Of a stretch of DNA of 64,000 bases, positions 10,458-23,300 are shown one piece after another. This stretch comes from Naegleria gruberi (Eukaryota). The stretch is taken from assembly GCA_000004985.1 (NCBI GenBank), contig GG738880.1; one strand, 5' to 3'. The notes under the pieces were generated by a model that saw only the letters and a list, made by a program, of their open reading frames with translations, was not told the DNA's origin and searched no databases. Position numbers and translations under genes: made by a program. The first letter of the stretch is position 1. Every line of letters begins with the position of its first letter.

Positions 10458-12132
10458 CTATCAAAAGTATTGTTGCTGAAATATTTGCTTTTGCTACTTC
10501 TATAATGTGACAATATTCTCTCAGTTGTGTCGAATATATTGTTGATGTCAGCTGAGTGAGTATGAAAGAAATGGACTAATGCGCAATTAGAAAAATCAAA
10601 ACTGATGTGTCAGGCAACAGTTGTTGGTTTTTTTTGGTGTGTTTTTGTTTTTAGAATTATTGTTTTTGGGTATTAGCTGATATTGTCGAACCATGAAAGA
10701 TGGTGGAGCACTATCAAACAACGCAAACACAGTTGGATTCGCATCTGTCAGATGTTCTCAGCAAAACGCCATTAATTTACTGTCAGAAACGACATCATGC
10801 CTGTTGGCGTTATGCTTTGAATTTGAGGGTACCATCAAACAATTGGTCATAGATCAATGGTTTTAATGTCCAATATTTTGTGTGCATACCGAAACATACC
10901 GATTATTTGAGTTGTTTCGAATATGAAAACAAACAAGTAGATGACAAACTTGTTTCCTACCTTATCACCATTTGGTTTAGATCCTCAAACCAAGGCAATC
11001 CACCTGATTTATCTAATCACCCAGATCTGCAACTTTTCCTATTGCATCACTAGATGTTAAATCGAAACTTTCGCATAACACAATTAGTATGGAAAGTTGG
11101 TACTTTCAGGCAGTGCACTGTCTTGTCTCACCTTATCTTCTTGCCTTCAATAATGTTTTGACACAAGTCGACAAGGTTTCAGACAACATTAAGAATTACA
11201 AATCAGAGGAGTCTGAGGAGGTTGACCATATTTGTCATGCATTGCACAAACTGTTAAAATTTTCCATTACTTATTGCAAACTTCATTCCACAAGGAAATA
11301 TTATCATTGGTTCATTATGGCGCACTGTGAAAGCTTGATAGATATCTGTTGGTTGTAATCCACCATCCAAATATTGTAATAATAACATTAATGTTGTTGT
11401 ATAATAGAATACATGTTGTTGTGTGGTTGCAATTAGCAATGTTTCAAAGGTTGTTGATGTTTTCTCAGTCACCACAGTAAAGACCAACACAAATTGGCAT
11501 AGACCGCCTTTTCGGTTTGAATATTTCTTTTAGGAAGAAAATTAATACGCAATCTCAAGAAACGAGGTATAAACAATTATGGCTATCCATCAAAATTTGG
11601 CAGATTTGATAACTATTATAAAATTCGGCGTTTGTAAACCACTTGATTGCTTGGGACATTGGCATGTAAGGAATGCTGTTCCTTTTGGGTTCCTTTGTAT
11701 AATGTTCTTCTTTAGCAATTTTGCAAACCCTCCTTCAAAACTACAGTAAAGAACTACAGTTATTAGATTTGAAACAAAGTGTTGAAAATGTTAAATAATG
11801 AACTCATTGTTTGAGGAATTGGTGCACCTGAGCTCTGTAACACTGACTTTTGTGTGTAATAGGGTAAATTAAAGCGTTGACTATCAGCACTCCGAAACCG
11901 GTTAATATTCAATGCAATATTTGTTATGAGATATCCTAATATTGAGGCGGATCACGTACCACATGTTAAATCAATAATAAGTTCAAATGGTAAATGGGTT
12001 CAAATCTTGGCTTATGTACATGAGACCATGCGAAAGTTAGAGCATTCCTTGTTACATCAAATTCGAAAGTCAATTATCTTGTTTATCTACAGATTCTGAG
12101 TCGATTTACAATTGTACATGGTCAGGAGTTGT

Positions 12133-13359
12133 TTAAATCTTAATATTCTTCGAGTATTTAAGGTGAAGAATGATTGCTGAATAGACAAGTAGACTGTGAG
12201 CATACTTGATGTCTGTGTTAGTGATTTCTACATAAAGACCTCCCTTCAATTTGTCAAATGCCAACAGTTGAGCACGTTTTCTATACTTCCTTTCTTTTTC
12301 TGTTACAAGATCAGACTTGGTTCCAACTAATACCACTTCCATTGGATTGTGTTGTTCCAAATCTTTGATGTGCCTATCCAATCTATCCAAAGTTAGTGCA
12401 CTATTACTTAAATCAAACATGGCAAATGCTACATGTCCTCCTCTGTAGTATATTGGAGATAGTGTTGCAAATCTCTCTGGACCACTGTAATCCCACAATT
12501 GCAATTCAGAGATGGAATTGGGAATGAGTTTGTATCTTTGTTTCAAGAAGGAAGCTCCAATGGTCGGCATGTCTTCCTTTTGTCTACAATTAATATTCTT
12601 AATGGCACACTCCAAAGTGGATGTCTTTCCCACATAACAGTCACCAAGCATGATTACTTTGAAAATTTGTGTCCCCTCAGTGATCATTGGTTTGTTTGGT
12701 TTCCTTTCAATTTGAATCGATGATGCTGAACTGTTATTTTTAAAGAATGATGACAAGTAATGTAAAACTGAACTCATAACACCACTACTATTCTTTTCAT
12801 CTGATTTCTTCTCAATTTCTACTTTGGAATTATTAGAAACAACTTGATCTGAATTAATAGGACTTTCCACCTTCCCAAAGAATTCACTATAACACTCTAT
12901 CATTTCCAATTCAGTTCCAAACCATTCATATTCTTTCTTACAAAAATCCATTGTAATCGTTGCATGCAAATTTTGTGTTCTAACCTCACCCATCTTGGTT
13001 ACCCCAATCAATCGAGTCGCCAATTCATAAACATGTTCCTTAAACATCATCTTGATGAAATTTCTTCCCATTCTACTTTGAAAAAGGCTTGAAAATGCTT
13101 CATCACCACCACTATTATTCGAATCATCATCAACCAATTGCGCATAATCTTGATAACGTTTCCAAATGATCGGAAGGGAAATCTCCCTCCACGACCTACA
13201 AACTCTCACCACGGAAAAGATCAAGTGGGTCATGGATAAATGTTGGAAAATCTCTCCAGTGAGTTCATCCGGAAGGGTGGAAAATATTTCCTGGAAGGAA
13301 TACTGCTTGGTTTTAGAGTTGAAAAACAGGCGAGTGAGGGCTGAATTGTTGTTGATCAT
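12133..13359 (-). CDS. F-box domain plus Ras-superfamily small GTPase fusion protein, 408 aa.
   Basis: ATG start. The N-terminal F-box reads LPDELTGEIFQHLSMTHLIFSVVRVCRSWREI. The C-terminal G-domain has G1 GDCYVGKTS, G3 WDYSGPERF (DxxG) and G4 VGTKSD (NKxD-like), with switch regions recognisable. Confidence 0.7.
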   Translation of the reverse strand: MINNNSALTRLFFNSKTKQYSFQEIFSTLPDELTGEIFQHLSMTHLIFSVVRVCRSWREISLPIIWKRYQDYAQLVDDDSNNSGGDEAFSSLFQSRMGRNFIKMMFKEHVYELATRLIGVTKMGEVRTQNLHATITMDFCKKEYEWFGTELEMIECYSEFFGKVESPINSDQVVSNNSKVEIEKKSDEKNSSGVMSSVLHYLSSFFKNNSSASSIQIERKPNKPMITEGTQIFKVIMLGDCYVGKTSTLECAIKNINCRQKEDMPTIGASFLKQRYKLIPNSISELQLWDYSGPERFATLSPIYYRGGHVAFAMFDLSNSALTLDRLDRHIKDLEQHNPMEVVLVGTKSDLVTEKERKYRKRAQLLAFDKLKGGLYVEITNTDIKYAHSLLVYSAIILHLKYSKNIKI

Positions 13360-13484
13360 TTTTTTTTTAAAGATTTTTTATTGTAATCTCAATGAATAGT
13401 AAATAGTCTTAATATGGAAGGTGAAAAATTTCATCATTTGGGATAAATTGAATGAACCATCATGTGGAAAAGAGGCTAATTTCT

Positions 13485-14459
13485 CTAAGGAATGAGTAAA
13501 ATCTTGCCAGTACTTTTACGTTGTTCCAAAAATTCATGAGCTAGAGCTCCCTCACTCAATTTGAAATTCTTCCACTCACTAATTGTAATCTTTTTTTGAG
13601 AAATCCATGAAAATAATTCAGTGGAACGTTTCAATCTCTCCTCCCTACTTGTTAGGACATTCCACAAGTCGCCACCAGTGAGTGTTTTTGAGCCATCCAT
13701 TAACATTCGTGGATTGATGAGTGGAGGATCGCCACCTGCCATTCCATAGAATACGACAGTTCCTCCAATTTTTGTAATTTTGAATGAGTCCATGATTGTT
13801 GAACCAACTGATTCGTAGACTACGTTAACACCTATTTGATTGGTCAATTGAAGTATTTGTTCAGTCCAATTATCCTTATATAGAAAAACATGATCTGCTC
13901 CAATTTGTTTTGCAATTTCTGCCTTTTCTTCACTTGAAGTCAGTCCAATAACTGTTCCTCCCAATAATTTGATAATTTGGGTAAGCAATTGACCAACTCC
14001 ACCTGCCACTGCATGCACCACTGCAACAGTTCCCTCCTTCACAACAAATGAATCTCTTGTCAAATAATGAGCTGTCAATCCTTGCAACAAGACAGCTGCT
14101 GCCATCTCTGATGAAATCTCATCTGGCAGAGGAATTGCCTTCTCCACAGTAACTTTCACCAATTGAGCATTGGCATGAGGCACATCAGCAAAACCAACTC
14201 TCATCCCCACTCGAATCAAATCAGAGTTCACCTCACTTCCAATCTCTTCTACAATTCCAGCCCCTTCATATCCCAAAATATAGGGAGGTTCTCCCACCAA
14301 ATGATAATTTCCATTCCTTCTGTAAATATCTGCAAAATTCAAGCCAATGGCCTGAGTCCTAACCAACACATCATTCTTTCCAATTTGTGGTTTTTCCAAT
14401 TCTTTCATGTAGAGAACTTGAGAAGCTTCTCCGAATCGATCAAAAACAAGAGCTTGCAT
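13485..14459 (-). CDS. NADPH:quinone oxidoreductase, zeta-crystallin-like, of the medium-chain dehydrogenase/reductase family, 324 aa.
   Basis: Full-length MDR architecture. The N-terminal GroES-like fold reads MQALVFDRFGE...VLVRTQAIGLNFADIY...GYEGAGIVEEIGSEV. The Rossmann nucleotide-binding motif AVAGGVGQLLTQIIKLLG is present. The length is typical of Qor enzymes. Confidence 0.85.
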   Translation of the reverse strand: MQALVFDRFGEASQVLYMKELEKPQIGKNDVLVRTQAIGLNFADIYRRNGNYHLVGEPPYILGYEGAGIVEEIGSEVNSDLIRVGMRVGFADVPHANAQLVKVTVEKAIPLPDEISSEMAAAVLLQGLTAHYLTRDSFVVKEGTVAVVHAVAGGVGQLLTQIIKLLGGTVIGLTSSEEKAEIAKQIGADHVFLYKDNWTEQILQLTNQIGVNVVYESVGSTIMDSFKITKIGGTVVFYGMAGGDPPLINPRMLMDGSKTLTGGDLWNVLTSREERLKRSTELFSWISQKKITISEWKNFKLSEGALAHEFLEQRKSTGKILLIP

Positions 14460-14828
14460 GATACTTTAATTTGTTGTGTTGAGCTTTTTTTTAGAGATTA
14501 TGCATGACGTCTCTTGTGTGATGAGGAGGAGAATTGTTCATTGGTAATTACGGAATTAGAGTAATTAAAGCGTCCTTATTGATGGAAAGTTGCAATTGTT
14601 TTTACTGTTTTTTTTGGAGTTGATGTGAAAATGTCTGAACTCACTCTTCTAGTCTGTGAATCATGGCAACTTCTGCTGGATATTAAGCCATGCTGAACTC
14701 TTATTGTGAATCTACGAAGAGTTTCGTCTTGTTTTTTAGAAGAAATATGTTAAATTAATTAAAAATACACTATTTTATTTAAAACACAGCGCGTTAAGTA
14801 TTGAAAAAAGACAAACTATTTTGATCAC

Positions 14829-16202
14829 TTATTGTTCAGTGTACTTTTTCAATTCTTGTTGGAGATTCCAATTTTCCTTTTCCAAAGCTTCAACACGTTG
14901 TCTCAATTCTTCATTTTGCTTGACCAATTCTTGTGGATTTGAAGTCTTGGCTGGCAAAACAGTCTTTGGTTGTTTGGCCTTAATTTCAACGTTTGGTTTG
15001 AAATCACGGAATTGAACATCAATTTCCTTATCTTCTGGATTCATGGAAACCAAAGATAATTCAGCATCTTGACCAGAGAAGTAATCAGAAGCAGACAAGG
15101 CAGGAGATGGAGAAGCAGTCTTTGGATAGATATCAGATTGGAACAATTCAGACTTTCTTGGAACAGTGAATGAAATTGGAGTAATTTGATTAGCAGTCAA
15201 CTTGAACAATCTGACAATTTCGTTAGAAGTAGTATCAACAGCAATCTTTGGAAGCATAGCCATACCCATTTGTGGATCAGTTGATCTAAATTCAGACAAT
15301 GAGTGAATGTATGGTTCTTCATTAGTAACTTCAAAGAATCTAATGTTACCATCACCCTTACCAGCCAAGAAGAGCAAATTAGTATCTGGATCATAGAATG
15401 GCATAATCAAACCAGAAGCCATATCAATATTAACAGTGTGCAATGGCTTTTCCAATGAACGTGGATCCCACATCATGTATTGTCTTTCAGAGGTCTTTGA
15501 GAAACCAACAGAGAACAATCTATCAGTATTGGTAATCCATTGAACACGAGATCCCTTAGTACCACCATGACCTTCAACTTCAAGAGCAACTGCACCCTTT
15601 CTAGGATCAATAATTCTCAACTTTTTATCCTTTGAAGTGGAGGCAAACAATGAACCATTCTTATTGAAAGAAATTGATTGAATATCTTTCCACAAATCTT
15701 TCATTTCAACTTGGCTCTTACCAGTTTCAATATCCCACAAAACAACTTTGTGATCTTGACCAGCAGTCAACAAGACATTGTTAGCAGTTGGATGGAATTC
15801 CAACAAACCAACCTTCTTCATGTGACCTTCCAATGTAACTGATGGTTCAGTAACAGTGCTTGTCAAACCATCTTGTGGAATTGACCAAATCTTGGCAGTA
15901 GCATCAACTGAACCAGTTGCCAAAATATATTGATTGAATGGATGGAACTTTAAATCCAAAACAGCACCAGTGTGGCCAGATAAAAGTGGCAAATCAGCAG
16001 CTTGTTTACCTGGAGTCTTTTGGTTCAAAACAGCAACTGAACCACCACCACCTTGCCATGGAACAGCAACGAACAAGGCATTAGCAGCAAGCCAATTAGA
16101 ATCCCAAGCACCAACATTTGGACGAATGTTTTGGAAGGCGAATTCTGCCTTGTATGGTTCACCGAAAACGTGACGATAGAGTGATGATCTGACAATGGAC
16201 AT
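14829..16202 (-). CDS. corA: Coronin, an actin-binding WD40 beta-propeller protein with a C-terminal coiled coil, 457 aa.
   Basis: Strong colinear similarity to the Dictyostelium coronin I recall. The N-terminal signature is MS.VRSS.YRHVFG...WDSN..AAN. WD repeats such as GHTGAVLDLKFHPFN and LEGHMKKVGLLEFHP follow. Further conserved blocks are VGFSKTSERQ, LFLAGKGDGNIRFFEV, YIHSLSEFRS and ISFTVPRKSELFQSDIYP. The tail is a heptad coiled coil (ELVKQNEELRQRVEALEKENWNLQQELKKY). Confidence 0.9.
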   Translation of the reverse strand: MSIVRSSLYRHVFGEPYKAEFAFQNIRPNVGAWDSNWLAANALFVAVPWQGGGGSVAVLNQKTPGKQAADLPLLSGHTGAVLDLKFHPFNQYILATGSVDATAKIWSIPQDGLTSTVTEPSVTLEGHMKKVGLLEFHPTANNVLLTAGQDHKVVLWDIETGKSQVEMKDLWKDIQSISFNKNGSLFASTSKDKKLRIIDPRKGAVALEVEGHGGTKGSRVQWITNTDRLFSVGFSKTSERQYMMWDPRSLEKPLHTVNIDMASGLIMPFYDPDTNLLFLAGKGDGNIRFFEVTNEEPYIHSLSEFRSTDPQMGMAMLPKIAVDTTSNEIVRLFKLTANQITPISFTVPRKSELFQSDIYPKTASPSPALSASDYFSGQDAELSLVSMNPEDKEIDVQFRDFKPNVEIKAKQPKTVLPAKTSNPQELVKQNEELRQRVEALEKENWNLQQELKKYTEQ

Positions 16203-16939
16203 TTTTCTATTTAATTTATATTGTATAAATGTAAAAGGTGTATAGATTTTTCAAAACGTGTGGATTAAACATAGAGTTTCGAATAAAAAGTGTGTGAAAG
16301 CATGTTAAAAAAAAATTAAAGAGAGAAATTAGCTACGTACGGTTTTTGTGTATTTTTTTGATTTGTTTGCTGGTGCCTTCGCTTACGTATTATGATGATA
16401 ATTTGCTAGTTGATGTGCATGTCAATCAAACATGTCCAACTGTCAAAAAAAATCAACCAATCAATGTTGATGGACATTAATCGTTGAAAGATAGGTACGT
16501 GTGAGTATTCGATATTGTTGGCACAATGTTCCATAAGGTCTGAGAGCGTTGGGGGAAATAGTTCAATTTTAGAAAGTAATACTACCTTGTTTAATACTTT
16601 ACAATAAAATGTTTAATTAAAATAATTGTTGACATGTTTGGAAACAATTGAATCTCTTTCTTTTGTAAGAGAAGTATTCGTAGAAGGTTACATTGAAATT
16701 TAACATTTTTGAATAATAATGAGAATTCGAAACCTTTCTAATACCAGTTGAGATAAAGAAAATGATGAGAGAATTGTTTTGCAGGAAAATAGGGTGCAAT
16801 TGATCTTTCTTTATCTCATATAAAAATAAATTTTAAAAAAAATTATTAATAATAACATTTTTATTTTCCAAATAAACCACTTCCATTTTAAGAAATACTA
16901 TATATTAAGCAATTATTCAACAACAATTCTAAAAAAAAA
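16203..16939. promoter_or_regulatory. Divergent intergenic region. It includes the 5' flank of the minus-strand coronin gene and the upstream flank of the small plus-strand gene at 16940.
   Basis: No ORFs. It is strongly AT-rich with poly-A/T runs (aaaaaaaaaatgaacg immediately before ATG 16940, and taaaaaaaaattaaag). Gene orientation fixes the two flanks. Confidence 0.3.
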
Positions 16940-17224
16940 ATGAACGAACAAGAAGAAAAGGCAATCAGAGAACACGACAAACAAGAAGAAAACACTCGAC
17001 TCTATTATTTAGCACAGGTGCCATTTGTCAGTTCTTATGGAGGTTTGATGGGAGATTGCATGTTTTATGGACACGGCGATGTTGGAGAATCTTCTGGAAA
17101 GTATAAGGGAGCAAAGATTGAACACAAGATTCGAACGGAAGAAACTAAACTATTTGATGATAAAGGAGAGGAAATTAAATATGATCAAGAAGAGGAGGTT
17201 GAAGAAAAACAAGTGAATCCTTAA
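16940..17224 (+). CDS. Small acidic Lys/Glu-rich hypothetical protein, 94 aa.
   Basis: ATG-initiated ORF preceded by an A10 tract (aaaaaaaaaatgaacg). It is a stand-alone ORF in an otherwise AT-rich spacer. No recognisable domain was found. Confidence 0.3.
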   Translation: MNEQEEKAIREHDKQEENTRLYYLAQVPFVSSYGGLMGDCMFYGHGDVGESSGKYKGAKIEHKIRTEETKLFDDKGEEIKYDQEEEVEEKQVNP

Positions 17225-17383
17225 TGAAAACCTTTCAGTTTATGACCGTTTGGGATTGTGGACATCTTTCGTCCGAACTTTCAGTGACACATCCAAGTTT
17301 CGAATAAAAAATCCAAAACTAATTGACCTAAACCAACAAAAAAATCAGAGAAGGTTCACCATCACTCTGCTGAAGGTGTCAAA

Positions 17384-20300
17384 ATGTCATCAACCCGATC
17401 AATTTTCCTTCAAATTTTCATCACTTCCTTCATTGTTTTGTTTTTTTCATCATTTAATTGTTTTTTATTATTATCAGATAATGAACATGATAATAATGAT
17501 GGAATAATCATACAATCGACAAGAGAATCAGGATTAAGTTTCGGATTGGTGGAAGCTAGTCTATTTTATGGAAATATTACACTTTCGAATATGAATTATT
17601 TGACCTCTCTTAGGTATAATCCAATTTATTATGATTATCCGAATGGAATTTTATATGCTTTTGGAGGAAATGATAGTAAGAAACGAGTTACAAAATCAGT
17701 GGCTGCTACTAAATCTTTAAGAGAAATTAGAAAAAGTAATGGAAACGTTTACAATACAACTGTTCATTCAGATTTTGGAGATTTTCAACAAATTTCAACT
17801 CTCACCACTGCTATGGTCAATTATGCTGTTTATTCGATTAATAATCCAACTGGTGGAAGATTAGTTTATTTATTTGGTGGAGATTCAACATTTGGAATTA
17901 TTCAGGCCTCTAACTCAATTACTAATCTAAATTATTATTCACCAAATTTGGCAAATATTCCACCAACCTATTTTGCACACTTCATTACTGAACAATATAT
18001 TTATTTAATTGGTGGTATTTCGAATGGTGGTGTTTATGATAATGGAATTTTCAGAGCTAATCTTTCAAGTTTATTAACTCAATGGGAAAGATTTGCTGAT
18101 TTTCCAGTAACTATTGCAAAGGCAAATGCATTTCTATTGAATGGAGATGTTTATGTCATTGGTGGAAAGAATAATGAGACTGATGATAATCGGATTGTTT
18201 ATTCTGTTCCATTGAATGATTTGGAAACACTTTCTGCTAATTTTATTGAGATTGCTACCTTGAGCCGACCAACAGTTGGTTCTTCACTCGTATTGACAAG
18301 GGATTATGGTTTCCTATTTGGAGATGAGAATGCTGGTTCTGGAGTAGGTATTGATACTGTCCTTGTTTTTCCCACAAGTGATGTTTCACAAATATTCGAA
18401 ATTGGTATCAATGATTATTATTTCTCTTATGGTGTTCCAGTTGTGGTTTCTGGAACTATTGCTAGTTTCTTTGAGAGCACTCGTTCAGAACTTGTTGAAA
18501 TTGAATTGGCATCAGATGCAGTTCCATATTGTTTCGGATTGGATGCAACGAATCCAGTTGCATGTTCGGGACATGGAAATTGTGTTGCCAATGAATACTG
18601 CAGCTGCAAGAGAGGATATTATGGCATGGATTGTTCAGTCACCTTTCTATGCAATGGAACCATTTCCTATTCTCAGAATGTGTGCAGTGGCTACGGTTCT
18701 TGTGTCAATACGGATGAATGTTCCTGTAGAGCCAATAGAGATGGAAAGTTTTGTCAATTCAGTTATTGTAGTGGTATTCTTAATACTGATCCAACAGTTT
18801 GTAATGGAAAGGGATCTTGTGTGAATTCAGTTTGTCAGTGTGAGCAGGGATTTTATGGAAGTGAGTGTAAGAATTATTCGTGTTACGAAATACCTTCCAC
18901 TAATTCTTCAGCTGCATGTTCAGGACATGGCACTTGCAATTCACCAAATAATTGCACTTGTTATGGACCTTATTCTGGAGACATGTGTCAGAGATTTTAT
19001 TGTGGAATTTTCTCGAATGAAGATGCCGATATGGCTTGTAGTGGGAATGGAAAGTGTACTGAACCTGGCAAATGCACATGTAACAGTGGATTTTATGGAG
19101 CCAATTGTGAATCTTTTAATTGTTATGGTGAAATATTCAATAGTTCAAGAGTGTGTAATGGAAACGGTTCATGTATTTCACCAGATCACTGCACATGTCG
19201 AAATGGCTATACTGGATCAAACTGCTCAATTCCAACTTGTTTTGGAGAGAATGGCACCTTGGCTTGTGATTCACACGGAATTTGTACAGCTCCTGATACA
19301 TGTAATTGTACAGGAGGATACTATGGCAGTAGATGTTCAATGTTTACGTGTTTTGGAGTCGATTACAAGGAACCATCTGTTTGTTCTTCTGAAGGTTCTT
19401 GTGTAGCTCCAGATACTTGTGAATGTAATCAATTCTATACAGGAAATAACTGTTCTCATTACACATGTTTTGATGTGAGAGATGACAATTCAACTTTAGT
19501 TTGTTCAGGAAATGGAAAATGTACCAAACCTAATGTTTGTTCATGTAAGGAGGGATACACTTCTGCCAATTGCTCTGCGTATTCTTGTAATGGTATTGGA
19601 CATGATAATTCAAAGGTCTGTAACTCTGTTGGTGTTTGCACATCACCAAATAATTGTACCTGTCAATCAGGTTACTATGGTTCTGATTGCCAAGTTTCAG
19701 AGTGTTTTGGAATTAGAAGTGATAATCAAAGTGTTTGTTCTGGAAGAGGTGAATGTAGTGGAAGAAATGCTTGCAACTGCTCTCAAAATTATTTAGGATC
19801 CCAATGTGAATTGACATCTTGTTTCGGCATTCTTTCGAATATATCCAATGTCTGTAATGGAAATGGAAAATGCATAGACTTTGATCAATGCTCTTGTAAG
19901 GAGGGATATTCAAGTCCCCAATGCACAGATTTCTATTGTGGAACTTTTCATTTTAATAATTCTGCAACTTGCTCCGGAAAGGGAAGTTGTGTTTCGCCTA
20001 ATTCATGCAACTGCTCAATTCCCTACTTTGGAAAGTATTGTGAAAACTTTAATTGTTTCAATATTTTGAATAACCAATCAACAGTTTGCTCTTCACATGG
20101 ATCTTGCATAGCTCCCGATACTTGCAAATGTGAAGAAGGTTATTTGGGACAAAATTGTTCCTCCTTTTCATGTTTCAACAAGACAGCTGATAGTGATGAT
20201 GTTTGTTCTGGAAGAGGTTTATGTATTTCACCAAATACATGCATGTGTACTGTGGAAGGGTTCCTTGGAATGGATTGCAACTTGTCATTGCCATTTGATA

Positions 20301-23300
20301 TTTATTTGAATGTTTCGAATAGTATTGTTATTTATAGTGATGATAATCCAATTATTGGATTCAAAGTTTTATCAAATTATAACGAATCTGATTTCTTTGG
20401 ATACAGATTAACATCTTCTGGAATTGCTCCTGTCAATCAAAAGAGCAATGAATTTACTCTTGACACTAGTCAACTTTCTATTGGCCTTACCAATTATTTC
20501 CTAATTGCCAGATTGAAGAACAGCAGAACTTCCTCATCTCTAAAACTTTCTGTTGTGAAATTACAAAAATCCAGACCATCAATTGCAATTTCCAAGTTTG
20601 TATCTGTCAATGTTCCTGAATTTATTGTTTCTAGAAATGCCACAACATTTGACTTTTATTTATTGAACTTGACAATTAGTGGGCAGTCTGTTTCTTCATT
20701 ATTTGGATGTAATTCTAAATGTTTAGCCGATTATTCTTATTAATATTTACTTGACAGGTGATTCTTTGGATTCAGTTTACAATATTTCCTCTTTACAAAG
20801 TTCTTCCTATGTTCTTATCAGTGATGCAAGCAATTCTATTGGATTTAGTCCAATTCTTCAAATTCCATCCTTTACTCTAACTAAATCTCAATTGGAACAA
20901 GCAACATTTTTACAATTTGATTTTACAATTGGATCTGCAATTGGTTCCAAGAGAATTCCAATCATTTCTGCACCAAAACCAAAGAATGGTGTACTCACAG
21001 CTAGTAGCTCAATTTCAAGAGGAGTTGCCCTGACAGATGCCTACAACATTGCATCAGTTGAGTTTTCAGCTGCCACTCAATTGTTACCTCTCAGTTATGC
21101 TTATGCATTCTATGAGCCATCACAAGGCAGAGTTCTTAGAATGAGTTCATTCTCTACTAGCTCAGTTGCCTCCATTTATTTACCATTCATTGCAAGCAGT
21201 GGAAACGTCAGTTCAGTTGACATTTATTTACTTGTTAAGGATGATTTGGATTTTATTGATCAGTATTACATTTTCACTCTAGAAGTCACACCATATTTAG
21301 GAAATACTGATTCATTGTTCAATCAAACTCTTCCAGATTCTATCAAGACAGTTTTTGCGTATGATAATTCCATCAAACAGTCGAATTCTGTTGCAGATCA
21401 AGTTGTGAAAAACATTGAAATTCCAACAAATTCACCAGAAGCATCTCTCTCTGTCATTCAACAAATTCTTCCACAAAATGCCAATACTCCATCAGTAGTT
21501 AAGGAAGTTCAATCAAAAGTTCAATCATTCCTTGGCAGTGTCCAAACAAGTCAATCAGAGGAAATGAAAAAGTATGGTTTCGTAAAGAATCCACTCAGTA
21601 GTACTGCACTCCAATCGACTTTGAATCTCATTTCGGATTTATTCTCATCCAATAGGAAATATCCAGCTACTGGAAACACTTCAACAACAGAATCTCTAGT
21701 TTTATCATTTAGTAAGATTTTACTTTCGAATGCTTTACCGAAAGTTGTCAATTCCAAAGATTCAGACCTACCAAATGTTAATTATCATTCCAGTGAAATG
21801 AATGTCACTGTCTCTTCACTAATTTTCGGCTCAACCACTGACAATGCAATTCAACAAACTCTTCATGGAACAAACTCACAACTTTCATTGAATTTAAAGA
21901 AAGTTGCCAAACAATTTGGTGGAGAATCAACAAATATTGGATTATCATTGATAACCTATTCTCAAAATGTTAAATCGGATAATTATTCTGCAAGTGTTCA
22001 ATCTGGATCAACTCTGGTTGAATTTAAATATTATCAAGATGCACAAGTAGTGACATTGAAGGATTTGGATTCACCATTTACTTTGATATTCACACCACTC
22101 AATGATCAAATCAAACAAAATTTAACACTCAACACTACGAATGTTAAATGTATGTATTGGAATGAGGAAGTGTCAATGTGGAAATCAGATGGCTGTCAAT
22201 ATTCAAATTCCTCAAAAGATTCTATCATTTGTCAATGCACTCACACAACCAAATTCTCCACTTTTATTGAGTATACTTCATCCTATTCGAACACAACTAA
22301 ATTGACCGAAACTGAACTATTGTACATTGCCAGCGTGTACAGTGCAGAGATTAGTTTTGGAATAATGTTTGCAATCTGCTCTGCCATCATTCTCATTGTC
22401 TTGATTATTTACAGGAAGGAACAACCATTACTTTCAAGATTCTTGACTCCATTCTTGGGAATGCTTGCTCTATTAGTGGAAAGTGTTTTAATTTCAATTG
22501 TGCAAAGATCTGTACTTGTTAGTCAACTCTTACCAAGTCAATCTAAAATGTGGGAATCTGGAGGCGAAACTGCCACTAATATTGTTGGAAATGTCACTAT
22601 GATTATTGTAAACACATTGAATTTGACAGCCATCTTGGCATATGTCATCCAAGTTATTAGATTCCAGCTCCTCAAATATTTATATGATGTGATAGCTCAG
22701 AAGAATAATGGTCAATCATTCATGATGAAAGTATTGAGATTCGTCACTTCTAAAAAGCTTTTCGTCACTCTGATTGTCATTTCATTAATCTTTAATTTGT
22801 GCTATTGGTTAATGTGGGTCTTGTTAGTGAGATTGAGTGTTATTACTGCATCTGTTTATACTGAGGCAGTTTCCATTTCGTATACAGTTATTATATTCGG
22901 ATATAGTGTGATTATTAGTATTATAGCAATTGTGGATATTATTTCTAGTACAAGACAAAAGAAGATTAAGAGGAGAAGAAGGTCAACTGTCAATTCATTG
23001 TCTTCAACTAGCTCAACAAAATCATCCCAGTCACTTATTCCATCAAAATCTACTCGAAGATTCTTTTATTTGGATGCTCCTTTATTTTTCAGATCTGAAA
23101 TGTTCATGTATTTGGTCTGTTTTGCACTCATGATTATTCAACAAGTTATTGGATTAGTTTCTAATAATTTCAGATTTATTGATGCAAATGCTTATGAAAT
23201 TGCAATTTATTTTGATGGAATTCGATTTGCATTTGAAGTATTGTACACTTGTGTGTATTTACTTGTATTTGGAGGTTTTGCTATTCTTGTACTAATTGTC

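Noticed and set aside
11980-12010. A possible tRNA T-arm-like GGGTTCAAATC motif.
   Set aside because: The flanks do not form a T-stem or acceptor stem, and no D-loop signature is present. No cloverleaf could be built by eye.
18351-20069. Several 150-190-aa alternative-frame and opposite-strand ORFs inside the EGF-repeat region.
   Set aside because: The in-frame 15x Cys-spacing repeat identifies the true frame. Low-stop-frequency Cys/Gly-rich DNA generates long spurious ORFs in the other frames.
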